Source: Escherichia coli
Lineage (GTDB): Bacteria; Pseudomonadota; Gammaproteobacteria; Enterobacterales; Enterobacteriaceae
Reading direction: 5' to 3' (one strand)
Length of the DNA stretch: 64,000 bases
Assembly (NCBI RefSeq): GCF_044324875.1
Contig: NZ_CP172185.1
Shown piece after piece: positions 36,751-46,565 of this stretch. Within the stretch, counting starts at the first letter, position 1, and each line of letters opens with the position of its first letter. A program made the position numbers and the translations under genes. Under the pieces are notes generated by a model. The model did no database searches. It saw nothing but the letters and a program-made list of their open reading frames with translations, and had not been told where the DNA came from.

Positions 36751-38130
36751 TGTAAGCTTTCATCTGTGGATCCCAATGAGTATCAGCAACAGGGAAAAGG
36801 CGTGGTGTACCTGCGCCCTAATCAAAACACCAATCTTTCGCTACCGAACGTGAATTACAAGCGCCTGCGTCGGTTGGCGAATTTGTTAATTGACCCAGCG
36901 ACACTGGAAGATTGGGAGGAAATACCGCCGTTAACCGATCTGTCTACTGATTATGATGTGAGGGGCGCAAATGCCTGGTATCCTCATTACTCCTGGCATA
37001 GCGATGGTCGCTATATTATTTACGCTGGCAAGATAGTGCAAAATCCTGCGGGTGCACCGCCGGTTGACGTCACGTCATTCAAGGCTTGGGGCGATTTTGC
37101 CGCTGATAAAAATAGCCTCTATTTCAGAGGCGAACGCACGGATGACAATGGTGGTGACAAGCCTTTAGATAGCAAAACACTGCATCAGATGAATTTACCG
37201 CCGCCATGGGAACCTGACGTCCTCGGGCTGATATTGCGTGATGCTAACTTCCTGTATATCAACGGGCATCGTATTGCTGAGACCAATAGTTTCCGCGTGC
37301 TGGCGCAAAAGTCCTGGGATAAGCACGGAAAATTTTCCATGAAGTTTAGCTGCATTCGCAAACCATTCGGCCCCTGGGATACGCTGGCTCGTACACAGAC
37401 GAAGATTATGCTCAACGGCGAACAACTGGATGCCGACCCGGATACCTTCACCGTTGTGCGCTGGATACCTGAAGCATTAATAAGCTGGCGAGATAAAAAC
37501 GGCTTTCACCGAAAGGTACTGGATCAATATGCCCTGGACAGCAATGAGGAATATAGCTGCGGTAGTTTCAATGTAAAGGAACACCGCGTCACCTGGCGTA
37601 GTAGCTTCCCGGGTAAGGGAGCAGAATGCCAACAAGAAGAGATTCCCGGCCTCGATCCTGAACAGTTTCACCCAATTAGCGATGCTGTCGCGCAATATCA
37701 GGACAAGCTGTACGTCATCGAAACAACGCCATTTGACGAGCTCAAGCTGAATATTGTTACGCTTGATGACCCGAAACTGATTATTAATAAGCGCTTCAAC
37801 GCCGGGAAGCGTCACGGTTACTTGCTCACAAGAAAGGGAGACGAGTTTGGGGATTCTGGTTTACAGGTGTTTGAATCCGCCGGGCCGCTCATTTTATTTG
37901 ATAACCACATCCCCAGCGAACGGGAAGCGCATCAGGTTAGCAGCAACCCTTATATCCAAAAATGGTTAGCCCGCGACGACAAATATGTTTATCGCTTCGA
38001 TGGCATGCAGCTCTGGCGCTATCACACCGCAGATCCCCGAGCCGTGCGCGTCGTGAACGATCAACTCGATGACAAAATTAACGGTGATGGCGAGTTTATA
38101 CCCACTCCGCGCGATGAGGCTAAAAAATGA
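36658..38130 (+). CDS. Secreted repeat protein, paralog A (DKNYY-like motifs; possible lipoprotein)
   Basis: 490-aa ORF; N-terminus M(I/H)...FRNVVCLLSCSLFLSPAWGC looks like a signal peptide ending in Cys. Recurrent motifs KNSLYFRGERTDDNGG, NFLYINGHR, DKLYVIETTPF and DDKYVYRFDG resemble the DKNYY family. Start may be the ATG at ~36688. Confidence 0.6.
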   Translation: MIGTSRQDGFMHFRNVVCLLSCSLFLSPAWGCKLSSVDPNEYQQQGKGVVYLRPNQNTNLSLPNVNYKRLRRLANLLIDPATLEDWEEIPPLTDLSTDYDVRGANAWYPHYSWHSDGRYIIYAGKIVQNPAGAPPVDVTSFKAWGDFAADKNSLYFRGERTDDNGGDKPLDSKTLHQMNLPPPWEPDVLGLILRDANFLYINGHRIAETNSFRVLAQKSWDKHGKFSMKFSCIRKPFGPWDTLARTQTKIMLNGEQLDADPDTFTVVRWIPEALISWRDKNGFHRKVLDQYALDSNEEYSCGSFNVKEHRVTWRSSFPGKGAECQQEEIPGLDPEQFHPISDAVAQYQDKLYVIETTPFDELKLNIVTLDDPKLIINKRFNAGKRHGYLLTRKGDEFGDSGLQVFESAGPLILFDNHIPSEREAHQVSSNPYIQKWLARDDKYVYRFDGMQLWRYHTADPRAVRVVNDQLDDKINGDGEFIPTPRDEAKK

Positions 38131-39437
38131 AAGTGATGAAAAAAAGTATCTCACTGGCGCTCATCCTGTTGGGGTACACGGTGGCAATTCCGGCCGTCCA
38201 GGCTGAAGGGTACGAATACTACTCTAACCAGGGAGCCCTGGTTTACGGTTCAAACTTCGGGGGACAAAAGAAAATCATTGCCAAGTTTACGGGAATTAAC
38301 AGACGCGATTTGTACCCTGTGGAAAATATCTCTGGCGAGCAGGAACGATATATTATCGAAGATGAAGTCACCACAATTAAAGAGGAGTACCACTGGATAA
38401 CGGACGGTCACGTCATTCTCTGGCGAGGGAAAATCGTGAGTAATCCTCCCGGTACGCCAATGGTCGATGTTGCCAGCTTTAAGGCTCTGGGCCGCTTCGC
38501 CGTCGATAAATACAGTCTCTATTTTGACGGTCAGCGCACCGAAAGCAATAGCGGTGCTTCGAAGGTGGACCTGGCAACCCTAAAAGCTATCGAAGATAAC
38601 AGCAGCACGCTGGTTGACCGACATAACCTTTATTTATTGGGACGCAGGCAGGCCAGTAGCGACGATTTCAGCGTACTACAAAGTAAATTGTGGGGGGATA
38701 TCGAGCGGTTCCGCCCACGCAATGAAGGGGCTACCTCCCGCGACCTGCTTATTCGTCATCGCCAGGATGTGTTTCTCAATGGTCAGCGCATTGCAGACGT
38801 TGATGCTGACACCTTTCACATCATTCGATGGATCCCCAATTCATTATTGGTCTACCGCGACAAACATGGTGAGCACCGTTACGCCTATGGCAACCCGGCC
38901 GGAAAAATGGCAACGACCGATGATGCGAATTCGTTTGAAATCGGTGAAAAAACCGTCCGCTGGCGCAGGCAACTCGCGCGGGATGACGCCTGGCCCACGC
39001 AACTCTCGTGGGATGTCATATGGGGGGCCTGGCAGGATATTCCCAATGTTGATCCGGAACAGTTCCATCTGATCACTGACCGCATCGCGCAGTATCAGGA
39101 TCGTCTGTATATCATCAAACTGTCGCCAGTTGGCGAAGACCAGCTTAACGTTATCACCCTGGATACCCCTGATTTAGTGGTTGATCACGTCTTCAATGGT
39201 GGGAAAAAGCACATTTATATTATCAAGGACAGAGCGTGGGTGCAGGATGTTCATGTGATTGCTACCCACGGTCCACTCACCATGGCTGAGAGTTTCGCCT
39301 GGGACGATCGCTATGTATATGCCTGGCGGGGCCAGCGACCTTCCAGAACTGAATCGCCATGTCCGGAGCAAACCGTTGAGCAGGATGATGGCATAGTCAT
39401 TAAGACCGAAGCATCAGAGTGCCACCGCACGCCGTAA
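38127..39437 (+). CDS. Secreted repeat protein, paralog B (DKNYY-like motifs; Sec signal peptide)
   Basis: 436-aa ORF whose ATG overlaps the stop of paralog A (ATGA). Classical signal peptide MKVMKKSISLALILLGYTVAIPAVQA; motifs KYSLYFDGQRTESNSG, HNLYLLGRR, DRLYIIKLSPVGEDQLNVITLD and DDRYVYAWRGQ; C-terminus ...KTEASECHRTP. Confidence 0.6.
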   Translation: MKVMKKSISLALILLGYTVAIPAVQAEGYEYYSNQGALVYGSNFGGQKKIIAKFTGINRRDLYPVENISGEQERYIIEDEVTTIKEEYHWITDGHVILWRGKIVSNPPGTPMVDVASFKALGRFAVDKYSLYFDGQRTESNSGASKVDLATLKAIEDNSSTLVDRHNLYLLGRRQASSDDFSVLQSKLWGDIERFRPRNEGATSRDLLIRHRQDVFLNGQRIADVDADTFHIIRWIPNSLLVYRDKHGEHRYAYGNPAGKMATTDDANSFEIGEKTVRWRRQLARDDAWPTQLSWDVIWGAWQDIPNVDPEQFHLITDRIAQYQDRLYIIKLSPVGEDQLNVITLDTPDLVVDHVFNGGKKHIYIIKDRAWVQDVHVIATHGPLTMAESFAWDDRYVYAWRGQRPSRTESPCPEQTVEQDDGIVIKTEASECHRTP

Positions 39438-39460
39438 AATGGGTCATTATTTTTAACGGG

Positions 39461-39555
39461 TAGTTTCATGATCAACACCTCGCGCCAGGATGGCTTTATG
39501 CACTATCGCAATGTGGTTTGTTTGTTGTCTTGTTCATTGTTTTTATCGTCGGCAT
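39461..39555 (+). repeat. Leader-module repeat copy 3 (partial; 5' end of the 685-aa gene)
   Basis: tagtttcatgatcaacacctcgcgccaggatggctttatgcactatcgcaatgtggtttgtttgttgtcttgttcattgtttttatcgtcggcatgggg matches copies 1 and 2. Confidence 0.6.
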
Positions 39556-41525
39556 GGGGATGTCGGCTTTCCGCGCCTGAACATAATATTTACCAGAAAC
39601 AGGGAAAAGGCGTGGTATACCTGCGCCCTTATAAAGAAACAAATCTTTCTCTTCCTGACGTGAATTACAAAAGTTTGCGCCGTTTACCCAATTTATTAAT
39701 AGACCCGACAACACTAGACGAATGGGATAAAGAACCGCCTCTGACTGATTTGACAACCGACTACCTCTATGAGGGCGCACAGGCCTGGTATCCTCATTAT
39801 TCCTGGCATAGCGATGGTCGCAATATCCTCTACGCGGGTGAAGTTGTGCAAAACCCTCCCGGCACACCTCCCGTCGATGTCGCCTCGTTCAAGGCATGGG
39901 GTGATTTTGCCGCAGATAAACACAGTCTCTATTTTGAAGGCAAGCGCACCGATGACAATGGCGGAGAAAATAGTCTAGATATCAAAACGCTGCATCAGGT
40001 GAAATTCCGTTCCCCCTGGAAACCTGACTTACTGGGGCTGATATTACGTGACGCTAATTTCTTGTATATCAATGGGCATCGCCTCGCTGACCCCGAGAGT
40101 TTCCGTGTGCTGGCGCAAAAGTCCTGGGATCGGCGAGGAAAGTTTTCCGCCGAGTTTAACCCCTGCGTTGCCGTACCATTTGGCCCCTGGGATACGTTAG
40201 CCCGTACACGGACCAAAATCATAATCAATGGCGAACAGCTTACAGCCGACCCAGAGACATTTACTGTCGTGCGCTGGATGCCCAGTTCGTTATTAACCTG
40301 GCGTGATAAAAACGGGCTGCAGCGTAAAGTGCTGAATCAGGGAAATCTGGACAAAGATAGGGCAAATAGCTGTGCAACGTTCAATTTACAGGAACACTTT
40401 GTTTCATGGCGCAAAGGGCCAGAATGTCAGCAAGAAGTCCTACCCGGCCTCGATCCAGAACAATTTCACCCTCTTAGTAATACCGTTGCTCAGTATCAGG
40501 ACAAGCTGTACACCATCAAAAAAACGGAATTTGGCGAAAATAGGCTAGATATCGTCACACTGGATAATCCTGGTTTGGTGATAGATAAACGCTTTAACGC
40601 GGGAAGAACTCACGGCTATTTATTGACCAAATTACCAGCTGATGGTGAAGAAGAAGATGGCCTCCAGGTATTCGAGTCTTCCGGGCCGCTTATCCTGATG
40701 GATTATCGTGTTCCTGACGAGCATGAGGCTCACCTTAGCGATAGCCCCCATTACAAGAAATGGTATGCACACGACGATCGTTATGTTTACGCATTCGATG
40801 GCTCACAGCTTTGGCGCTACCCAACTCCCAATACCAAAGCCGTGCGGGTGAAATGGAAAACCAAAGATTCAGGATATGGCTATTGGGCAAACTACCGTAG
40901 TGGTGAGCTTGACGGCAGACTTCTTGAGGATGGTGCGTTTATTCCAACGGGAATCCCCTATAACTCATCCGTTAACATTGCTCAATATTCTGATGGCGAA
41001 GGCTCTTTTCTCGTCGGCGAAACCGATGTTAGCTGGCGTAAGCTTCGCTCTACAGACCAGCAATGGAGTCAATGGGAGAAACTCCCCGATATTGACCCGA
41101 AAGCATTTCATCCCATCACCGATCGTGTCGCGCAGTACAAAAATCATCTGTACATTGCGAAATTGTCTCCTTTTGGTGAAGACACCCTGGAGATAATAAC
41201 GCTCGACTCTTCTGCACCTTTCCTGAAACAACGAATTAACGCCGGGAAAGGCCATGGTTACTTTATGCGCTCTTCCCGTTTACGCGATGATATTCAAATT
41301 TTTGCTATTGATGGACCATTGAAAACCACCGAACGTTTCGCTTATGACAATCGCTATGTTTATACCTGGATCGGTAGCCAACTTTATCGAACCGCATCGC
41401 CCTGTCCGGCCAGGACACGTAATCTGGATCAGAACATGTTTTCATCCAATGATGACATCATCATCCTGAAGACGGAGGAAGAGTGCCACAAAACACCAGA
41501 CATTGAGCAAACTTTGAAGCCCTGA
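39468..41525 (+). CDS. Secreted repeat protein, paralog C (mosaic: A-like body plus B-like C-terminal module)
   Basis: 685-aa ORF. The first ~440 aa are collinear with paralog A (e.g. YPHYSWHSDGR, FKAWGDFAADK, PWDTLARTRTKI); the last ~230 aa resemble the C-terminal half of paralog B (DRVAQYKNHLYIAKLSPFGEDTLEIITLD, DNRYVYTWIGSQ, ...KTEEECHKTP). Confidence 0.6.
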   Translation: MINTSRQDGFMHYRNVVCLLSCSLFLSSAWGCRLSAPEHNIYQKQGKGVVYLRPYKETNLSLPDVNYKSLRRLPNLLIDPTTLDEWDKEPPLTDLTTDYLYEGAQAWYPHYSWHSDGRNILYAGEVVQNPPGTPPVDVASFKAWGDFAADKHSLYFEGKRTDDNGGENSLDIKTLHQVKFRSPWKPDLLGLILRDANFLYINGHRLADPESFRVLAQKSWDRRGKFSAEFNPCVAVPFGPWDTLARTRTKIIINGEQLTADPETFTVVRWMPSSLLTWRDKNGLQRKVLNQGNLDKDRANSCATFNLQEHFVSWRKGPECQQEVLPGLDPEQFHPLSNTVAQYQDKLYTIKKTEFGENRLDIVTLDNPGLVIDKRFNAGRTHGYLLTKLPADGEEEDGLQVFESSGPLILMDYRVPDEHEAHLSDSPHYKKWYAHDDRYVYAFDGSQLWRYPTPNTKAVRVKWKTKDSGYGYWANYRSGELDGRLLEDGAFIPTGIPYNSSVNIAQYSDGEGSFLVGETDVSWRKLRSTDQQWSQWEKLPDIDPKAFHPITDRVAQYKNHLYIAKLSPFGEDTLEIITLDSSAPFLKQRINAGKGHGYFMRSSRLRDDIQIFAIDGPLKTTERFAYDNRYVYTWIGSQLYRTASPCPARTRNLDQNMFSSNDDIIILKTEEECHKTPDIEQTLKP

Positions 41526-41572
41526 CCCCATGCCGCTATACTGCCGCCATCACTTAAAAACAGGATACAACA

Positions 41573-41893
41573 ATGAACGACAGTGAATTTCATCGCCTGG
41601 CTGATCAACTGTGGCTGACCATTGAAGAGCGTCTGGACGACTGGGATGGCGATAGCGATATCGACTGCGAAATCAACGGCGGTGTACTGACCATTACCTT
41701 TGAAAACGGGAGCAAAATCATTATCAACCGTCAGGAACCGCTGCACCAGGTGTGGCTGGCAACCAAACAGGGCGGCTACCATTTTGATATGAAAGGCGAT
41801 GAGTGGATTTGCGATCGTAGCGGCGAAACCTTCTGGGATTTGCTGGAACAGGCGGCGACGCAGCAGGCGGGTGAAACAGTCAGTTTCCGCTAA
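41573..41893 (+). CDS. cyaY: Frataxin homolog CyaY
   Basis: 106-aa [66 protein letters not shown]...; recognised as CyaY. Confidence 0.9.
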   Translation: MNDSEFHRLADQLWLTIEERLDDWDGDSDIDCEINGGVLTITFENGSKIIINRQEPLHQVWLATKQGGYHFDMKGDEWICDRSGETFWDLLEQAATQQAGETVSFR

Positions 41894-41899
41894 GATTGC

Positions 41900-41927
41900 A
41901 TGCCGGATAAGCCTCGCTTTCCGGCAC
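41900..41927. repeat. REP-like palindrome / bidirectional terminator between cyaY and cyaA
   Basis: tgccggataagcctcgctttccggca inverted repeat between convergent genes. Confidence 0.35.
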
Positions 41928-41932
41928 GCTCA

Positions 41933-44479
41933 TCACGAAAAATACTGCTGTAATAGCGGCGTGTCGTGATCCTGATTGGCAGGCGGCATGTTGCCGATAG
42001 ATTTGGTGCGGAACGGAATCACCTGTTCACGACCATCAACCTTCACAATCTGATAGAACTGCGGCAGGTTGAAGTTGATGAAGCTTGAGCCGTAGGTAAA
42101 ACGGTCGTGCGATGACGAGTAGAAGCGACTGACGTCACGCACCAGCTCCTCTTTGCTGCCTTCGCAGTGGTGATACACCTCAACCCGGTTGCTTTCGTCG
42201 AGAATGTAGATATTAAAGCCATTCTCGTCTTGCGTTTCTTCGAAAAAGAACTGGATGATCCCTTCGCTGGCAAAGCCGTCCACCACCGCCGGTAATTTGA
42301 CGTGATTGGTTTCAACCTGCACTGACAGGCCGTGCAGTTTGTTATGCGAAATAGCGCCATAAAACTCGATGGCATTTTCTAGTTTCTGTACCGATACATT
42401 CAGGCGTTCGAAGAATAAGCCCCAGGTTTGACCAGAAACGCGCAGCGCCTTGAAGCGCCCGGTTTCCTGGCGGGTGCTGGAAAGACGCAGTTCAATGCAC
42501 TCAGAAACCAGTTGCTGTACACGAGTACGGATTAATCCGCGCAGATGCTGGCTGTAGCAGAAGACTTCCACGCTATCTGGCGGTGCGGCGTCCTGATGCA
42601 TTTTGCCGAGAATAGTTTTCAGGGCTTCGATCATCGACTGCTCGCCGTTGAAGTGCAGCGTACGCACTTCGTTCCACGAGTTGCGGTACAGCAGGTCAAC
42701 GCTACCTACCAGGCAATTTTGATTCTCGCCAAAGCTGAAGACATCCAGCTTACGGAAATCAAAATGCACCACCTGATTGCGGAACGCAGCTGTCGGGTCA
42801 TATTCCAGGTTAACGATAATCGCCAGATGGCGGATCTCACACGGGCTGTAGAGCGCCTTCGGTGTCGGTGCAGGTAAGCGCAGCGGGAAATGGTGCGACA
42901 CGTCGGCGACCATCTCCTGCAACTTAGGCAAATCGACAATGCCGTTACCTTTAATATACAAACGGGTGCGCGAGGTCAGCAGGCCGTTAAACCACGCCCA
43001 GGCCACTAGCTTATTAAGATAACGGTTATATTCCAGCGGCTGATGGCTGATGATCGACTCAATATTTGGCGCGCGGTTATACAGATACCAACCTGAACGG
43101 TTAGCCCGGCCCGGCGGCACATAAATAAAGGTCAGATTCGGTTCCGAGAGATCGGGCGAAATCTGCGGGTTTACCAGCGTCACTTTACCTGGCAATGCTT
43201 CAAACGCGGCATACAGTTTACGCGTCAGTACGCCGATATCCTGCGGACTGGCGGAGACGCTAAGGTTATTGCGACGCGCAAAGCGGATCAGATTACGGTA
43301 GCTCTGCATCATTGCGTCGAGCAGCTCGTTGTGCGCCTCACGCACCTGATCAATCTTCCAGTTAGCGCGGTTATCGAGCATTGCCAGACGAGCATCGTCC
43401 CATTCCCACTCTTTCACTAACTGGGTTAGCACTTCACGACGCCAGCCTACGCAAGCGCGTTCACGGCTGAGTTTTTCGCACACTTTTAAATAGAAGCAGC
43501 GGCGTACTAAATCCAGACGGGTGAAATCTTCAATCGCCGTCAGGTACTCAGTAACACGCTCCAGCATCATGCAGTAAGGATCGAGGCCAAACGATACAAT
43601 CTCGCCGTCGTGCAAACGCTGTTTGATATCTTTCGCCAGCAGTCGTGGGTTGGGGTATTCCCAGGAATAGGCTTCCAGTAGCAGTGTTTTCAGCACCGCT
43701 TTGTATGGGGAATCGATACTCTTATAGAGCTGCCAAAGGCTGGCACCAAAGTACTCTTCGGCAGAAAGTGAGCTTAAGCCGCCGAGATCCAGCCATTCAT
43801 TTGGCGTCAGCACGCCCTGCGCGTAAAGCGTCATCACATAGTCATCGTAATGCTCTTCTTCGTCGCACGGCACCATATTCCACAGAATACGCTTACCGGC
43901 GAGACGCACGGCGGTACGATAAAATTCGTCAAGCAGCAGTATATGCTGGGTGGAGCCACAATCTTCGCCCCCCAGGCTGCCGCTTTCATTATGACGGAAG
44001 CGATTTTCATCAATCAGGAAGAAGCTAACTTCCACGCCCAGCGAGGCGGCCCAGCTTTCCAGCAGGCTGCATTTACGTTGTAGTAACTGGCGCTCTTCGC
44101 TATCAAGCCAGGATTGATGACAGACCCAGATATCCAAGTCAGAGGAACAACTTTGCCCTACGGACGAGGTGCTGCCCATGGTGTATACACCAGTAATTGG
44201 AAGCTCACCTTTCGGCGGGTCCTGTACTGACATTCCACGATACAGTTCAAGCTCGTTCAGGTAGTGGCGTTGAGTTTCATCAGGCGTGTAAAGGCAAATG
44301 CCTTTGGGAACGTTACCATCAAGGTAACCCGGCATTAGCGGATGGTGATAGTGCAACAATGTCGGCAGTAGACTGTAGACCTGTTGGAATGCAGGCCCCA
44401 TAGCAGCAAGCGCGCGATCCACACGCAATTGATTTATGGCATCCAGTCTCTGTTTCAGAGTCTCAATATAGAGGTACAA
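41933..44479 (-). CDS. cyaA: Adenylate cyclase (class I)
   Basis: 848-aa ORF whose first codon is TTG (revcomp of caa at 44477-44479), then [16 protein letters not shown]..., consistent with the known UUG start of E. coli cyaA. Confidence 0.95.
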   Translation of the reverse strand: MYLYIETLKQRLDAINQLRVDRALAAMGPAFQQVYSLLPTLLHYHHPLMPGYLDGNVPKGICLYTPDETQRHYLNELELYRGMSVQDPPKGELPITGVYTMGSTSSVGQSCSSDLDIWVCHQSWLDSEERQLLQRKCSLLESWAASLGVEVSFFLIDENRFRHNESGSLGGEDCGSTQHILLLDEFYRTAVRLAGKRILWNMVPCDEEEHYDDYVMTLYAQGVLTPNEWLDLGGLSSLSAEEYFGASLWQLYKSIDSPYKAVLKTLLLEAYSWEYPNPRLLAKDIKQRLHDGEIVSFGLDPYCMMLERVTEYLTAIEDFTRLDLVRRCFYLKVCEKLSRERACVGWRREVLTQLVKEWEWDDARLAMLDNRANWKIDQVREAHNELLDAMMQSYRNLIRFARRNNLSVSASPQDIGVLTRKLYAAFEALPGKVTLVNPQISPDLSEPNLTFIYVPPGRANRSGWYLYNRAPNIESIISHQPLEYNRYLNKLVAWAWFNGLLTSRTRLYIKGNGIVDLPKLQEMVADVSHHFPLRLPAPTPKALYSPCEIRHLAIIVNLEYDPTAAFRNQVVHFDFRKLDVFSFGENQNCLVGSVDLLYRNSWNEVRTLHFNGEQSMIEALKTILGKMHQDAAPPDSVEVFCYSQHLRGLIRTRVQQLVSECIELRLSSTRQETGRFKALRVSGQTWGLFFERLNVSVQKLENAIEFYGAISHNKLHGLSVQVETNHVKLPAVVDGFASEGIIQFFFEETQDENGFNIYILDESNRVEVYHHCEGSKEELVRDVSRFYSSSHDRFTYGSSFINFNLPQFYQIVKVDGREQVIPFRTKSIGNMPPANQDHDTPLLQQYFS

Positions 44480-44865
44480 GACGTATCGCCTGATTTGCTA
44501 CCCGTCATGACTGTGATTCCGCCAACATCAACGGTAACACGCGGCATTCGGGATATTTCGTATGTCAAAGGTAACCGTTACCACTTTTCGCGCCTGGTTT
44601 TTTTAGTTTCACGACGAAAAAATGGTCTAAAACGTGATCAATTTAACACCTTGCTGATTGACCGTAAAGAAAGATGCGCTACATACAAGTGTAGCACCGT
44701 TTATTCTCTGTAAATTCCTTATTACGACGGCGTGAAACGCCTGTCAGGATCCACTGCCAGACCTCATTTTACGGTTTGCGCAGGCGTCTACGTTTCACCA
44801 CAACACTGACATCGCTCTGGCAAGGATGTTAGGATGGACCACGGATGATAATGACGGTAACAAGC

Positions 44866-45807
44866 ATGTTAGACAATGTTTTAAGAATTGCCACACGCCA
44901 AAGCCCACTTGCACTCTGGCAGGCACACTATGTCAAAGACAAGTTGATGGCGAGCCATCCGGGCCTGGTCGTTGAACTGGTACCGATGGTGACGCGCGGC
45001 GATGTGATTCTTGATACGCCGCTGGCGAAAGTAGGCGGAAAAGGCTTATTTGTAAAAGAGCTGGAAGTCGCGCTCCTCGAAAATCGCGCCGATATCGCCG
45101 TACATTCAATGAAAGATGTGCCGGTTGAATTCCCGCAAGGTCTGGGACTGGTCACTATTTGTGAGCGTGAAGATCCTCGCGATGCCTTTGTGTCCAATAA
45201 CTATGACAGTCTGGATGCGTTACCGGCAGGCAGTATCGTCGGGACGTCCAGTTTACGTCGCCAGTGCCAACTGGCTGAACGCCGCCCGGATCTGATTATC
45301 CGCTCCCTGCGCGGCAACGTCGGCACTCGCCTGAGCAAACTGGATAACGGCGAATACGATGCCATCATTCTTGCCGTAGCCGGACTAAAACGTTTAGGTC
45401 TGGAGTCACGCATTCGCGCCGCGTTGCCACCCGAGATTTCTCTTCCGGCGGTAGGACAAGGTGCGGTGGGCATTGAATGCCGCCTTGATGATACACGCAC
45501 TCGCGAGCTGCTTGCCGCGCTGAATCACCACGAAACTGCACTGCGCGTTACCGCAGAACGCGCCATGAATACCCGTCTCGAAGGCGGATGTCAGGTACCA
45601 ATTGGTAGCTACGCCGAGCTTATTGATGGCGAAATCTGGCTGCGTGCGCTGGTCGGCGCGCCGGACGGTTCGCAGATTATTCGCGGTGAACGCCGCGGTG
45701 CGCCGCAAGATGCCGAACAAATGGGGATTTCGCTGGCAGAAGAGCTACTGAATAACGGCGCGCGCGAGATCCTTGCTGAAGTCTATAACGGAGACGCCCC
45801 GGCATGA
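44866..45807 (+). CDS. hemC: Porphobilinogen deaminase (hydroxymethylbilane synthase)
   Basis: ORF track begins at 44845; known HemC starts [20 protein letters not shown] (313 aa). Confidence 0.9.
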
Positions 45808-46544
45808 GTATCCTGGTCACCCGCCCGTCTCCCGCTGGAGAAGAGTTAGTGAGCCGTCTGCGCACACTGGGGCAGGTGGCCTGGCATTTTCCGCTGATTG
45901 AGTTTTCTCCGGGTCGACAATTACCGCAACTTGCTGATCAACTTGCAGCGCTGGGGGAGAGGGATCTGTTGTTTGCCCTCTCGCAACACGCGGTTGCTTT
46001 TGCCCAATCACAGCTGCATCAGCAAGATCGTAAATGGCCCCGACTACCTGATTATTTCGCCATTGGACGCACCACCGCACTGGCGCTACATACCGTAAGC
46101 GGACAGAAGATTCTCTACCCGCAGGATCGGGAAATCAGCGAAGTCTTGCTACAATTACCTGAATTACAAAATATTGCGGGCAAACGTGCGCTGATATTAC
46201 GTGGCAATGGCGGTCGTGAGCTAATTGGGGATACCCTGACGGCGCGCGGTGCTGAGGTCACTTTTTGTGAATGTTATCAACGATGCGCAATCCATTACGA
46301 TGGTGCAGAAGAAGCGATGCGCTGGCAATCCCGCGAGGTGACGACGGTCGTTGTTACCAGCGGTGAAATGTTGCAGCAACTCTGGTCGCTGATCCCACAA
46401 TGGTATCGTGAGCACTGGTTACTACACTGTCGACTATTGGTCGTCAGTGAGCGTTTGGCGAAACTCGCCCGGGAACTGGGCTGGCAAGACATTAAGGTCG
46501 CCGATAACGCTGACAACGATGCGCTTTTACGGGCATTACAATAA
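45804..46544 (+). CDS. hemD: Uroporphyrinogen-III synthase
   Basis: 246-aa ORF overlapping the hemC stop (ATGA); conserved hemCDXY order. Confidence 0.9.
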
Positions 46545-46565
46545 CTCTCATAACAGGAAGCCATA

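Noticed and set aside
35400-41530. Possibility that the direct repeats in the yifL-cyaY island form a CRISPR array
   Set aside because: Only three copies, ~170 bp long, irregularly spaced (about 1.1 and 2.9 kb apart) and partly coding; no cas genes nearby.
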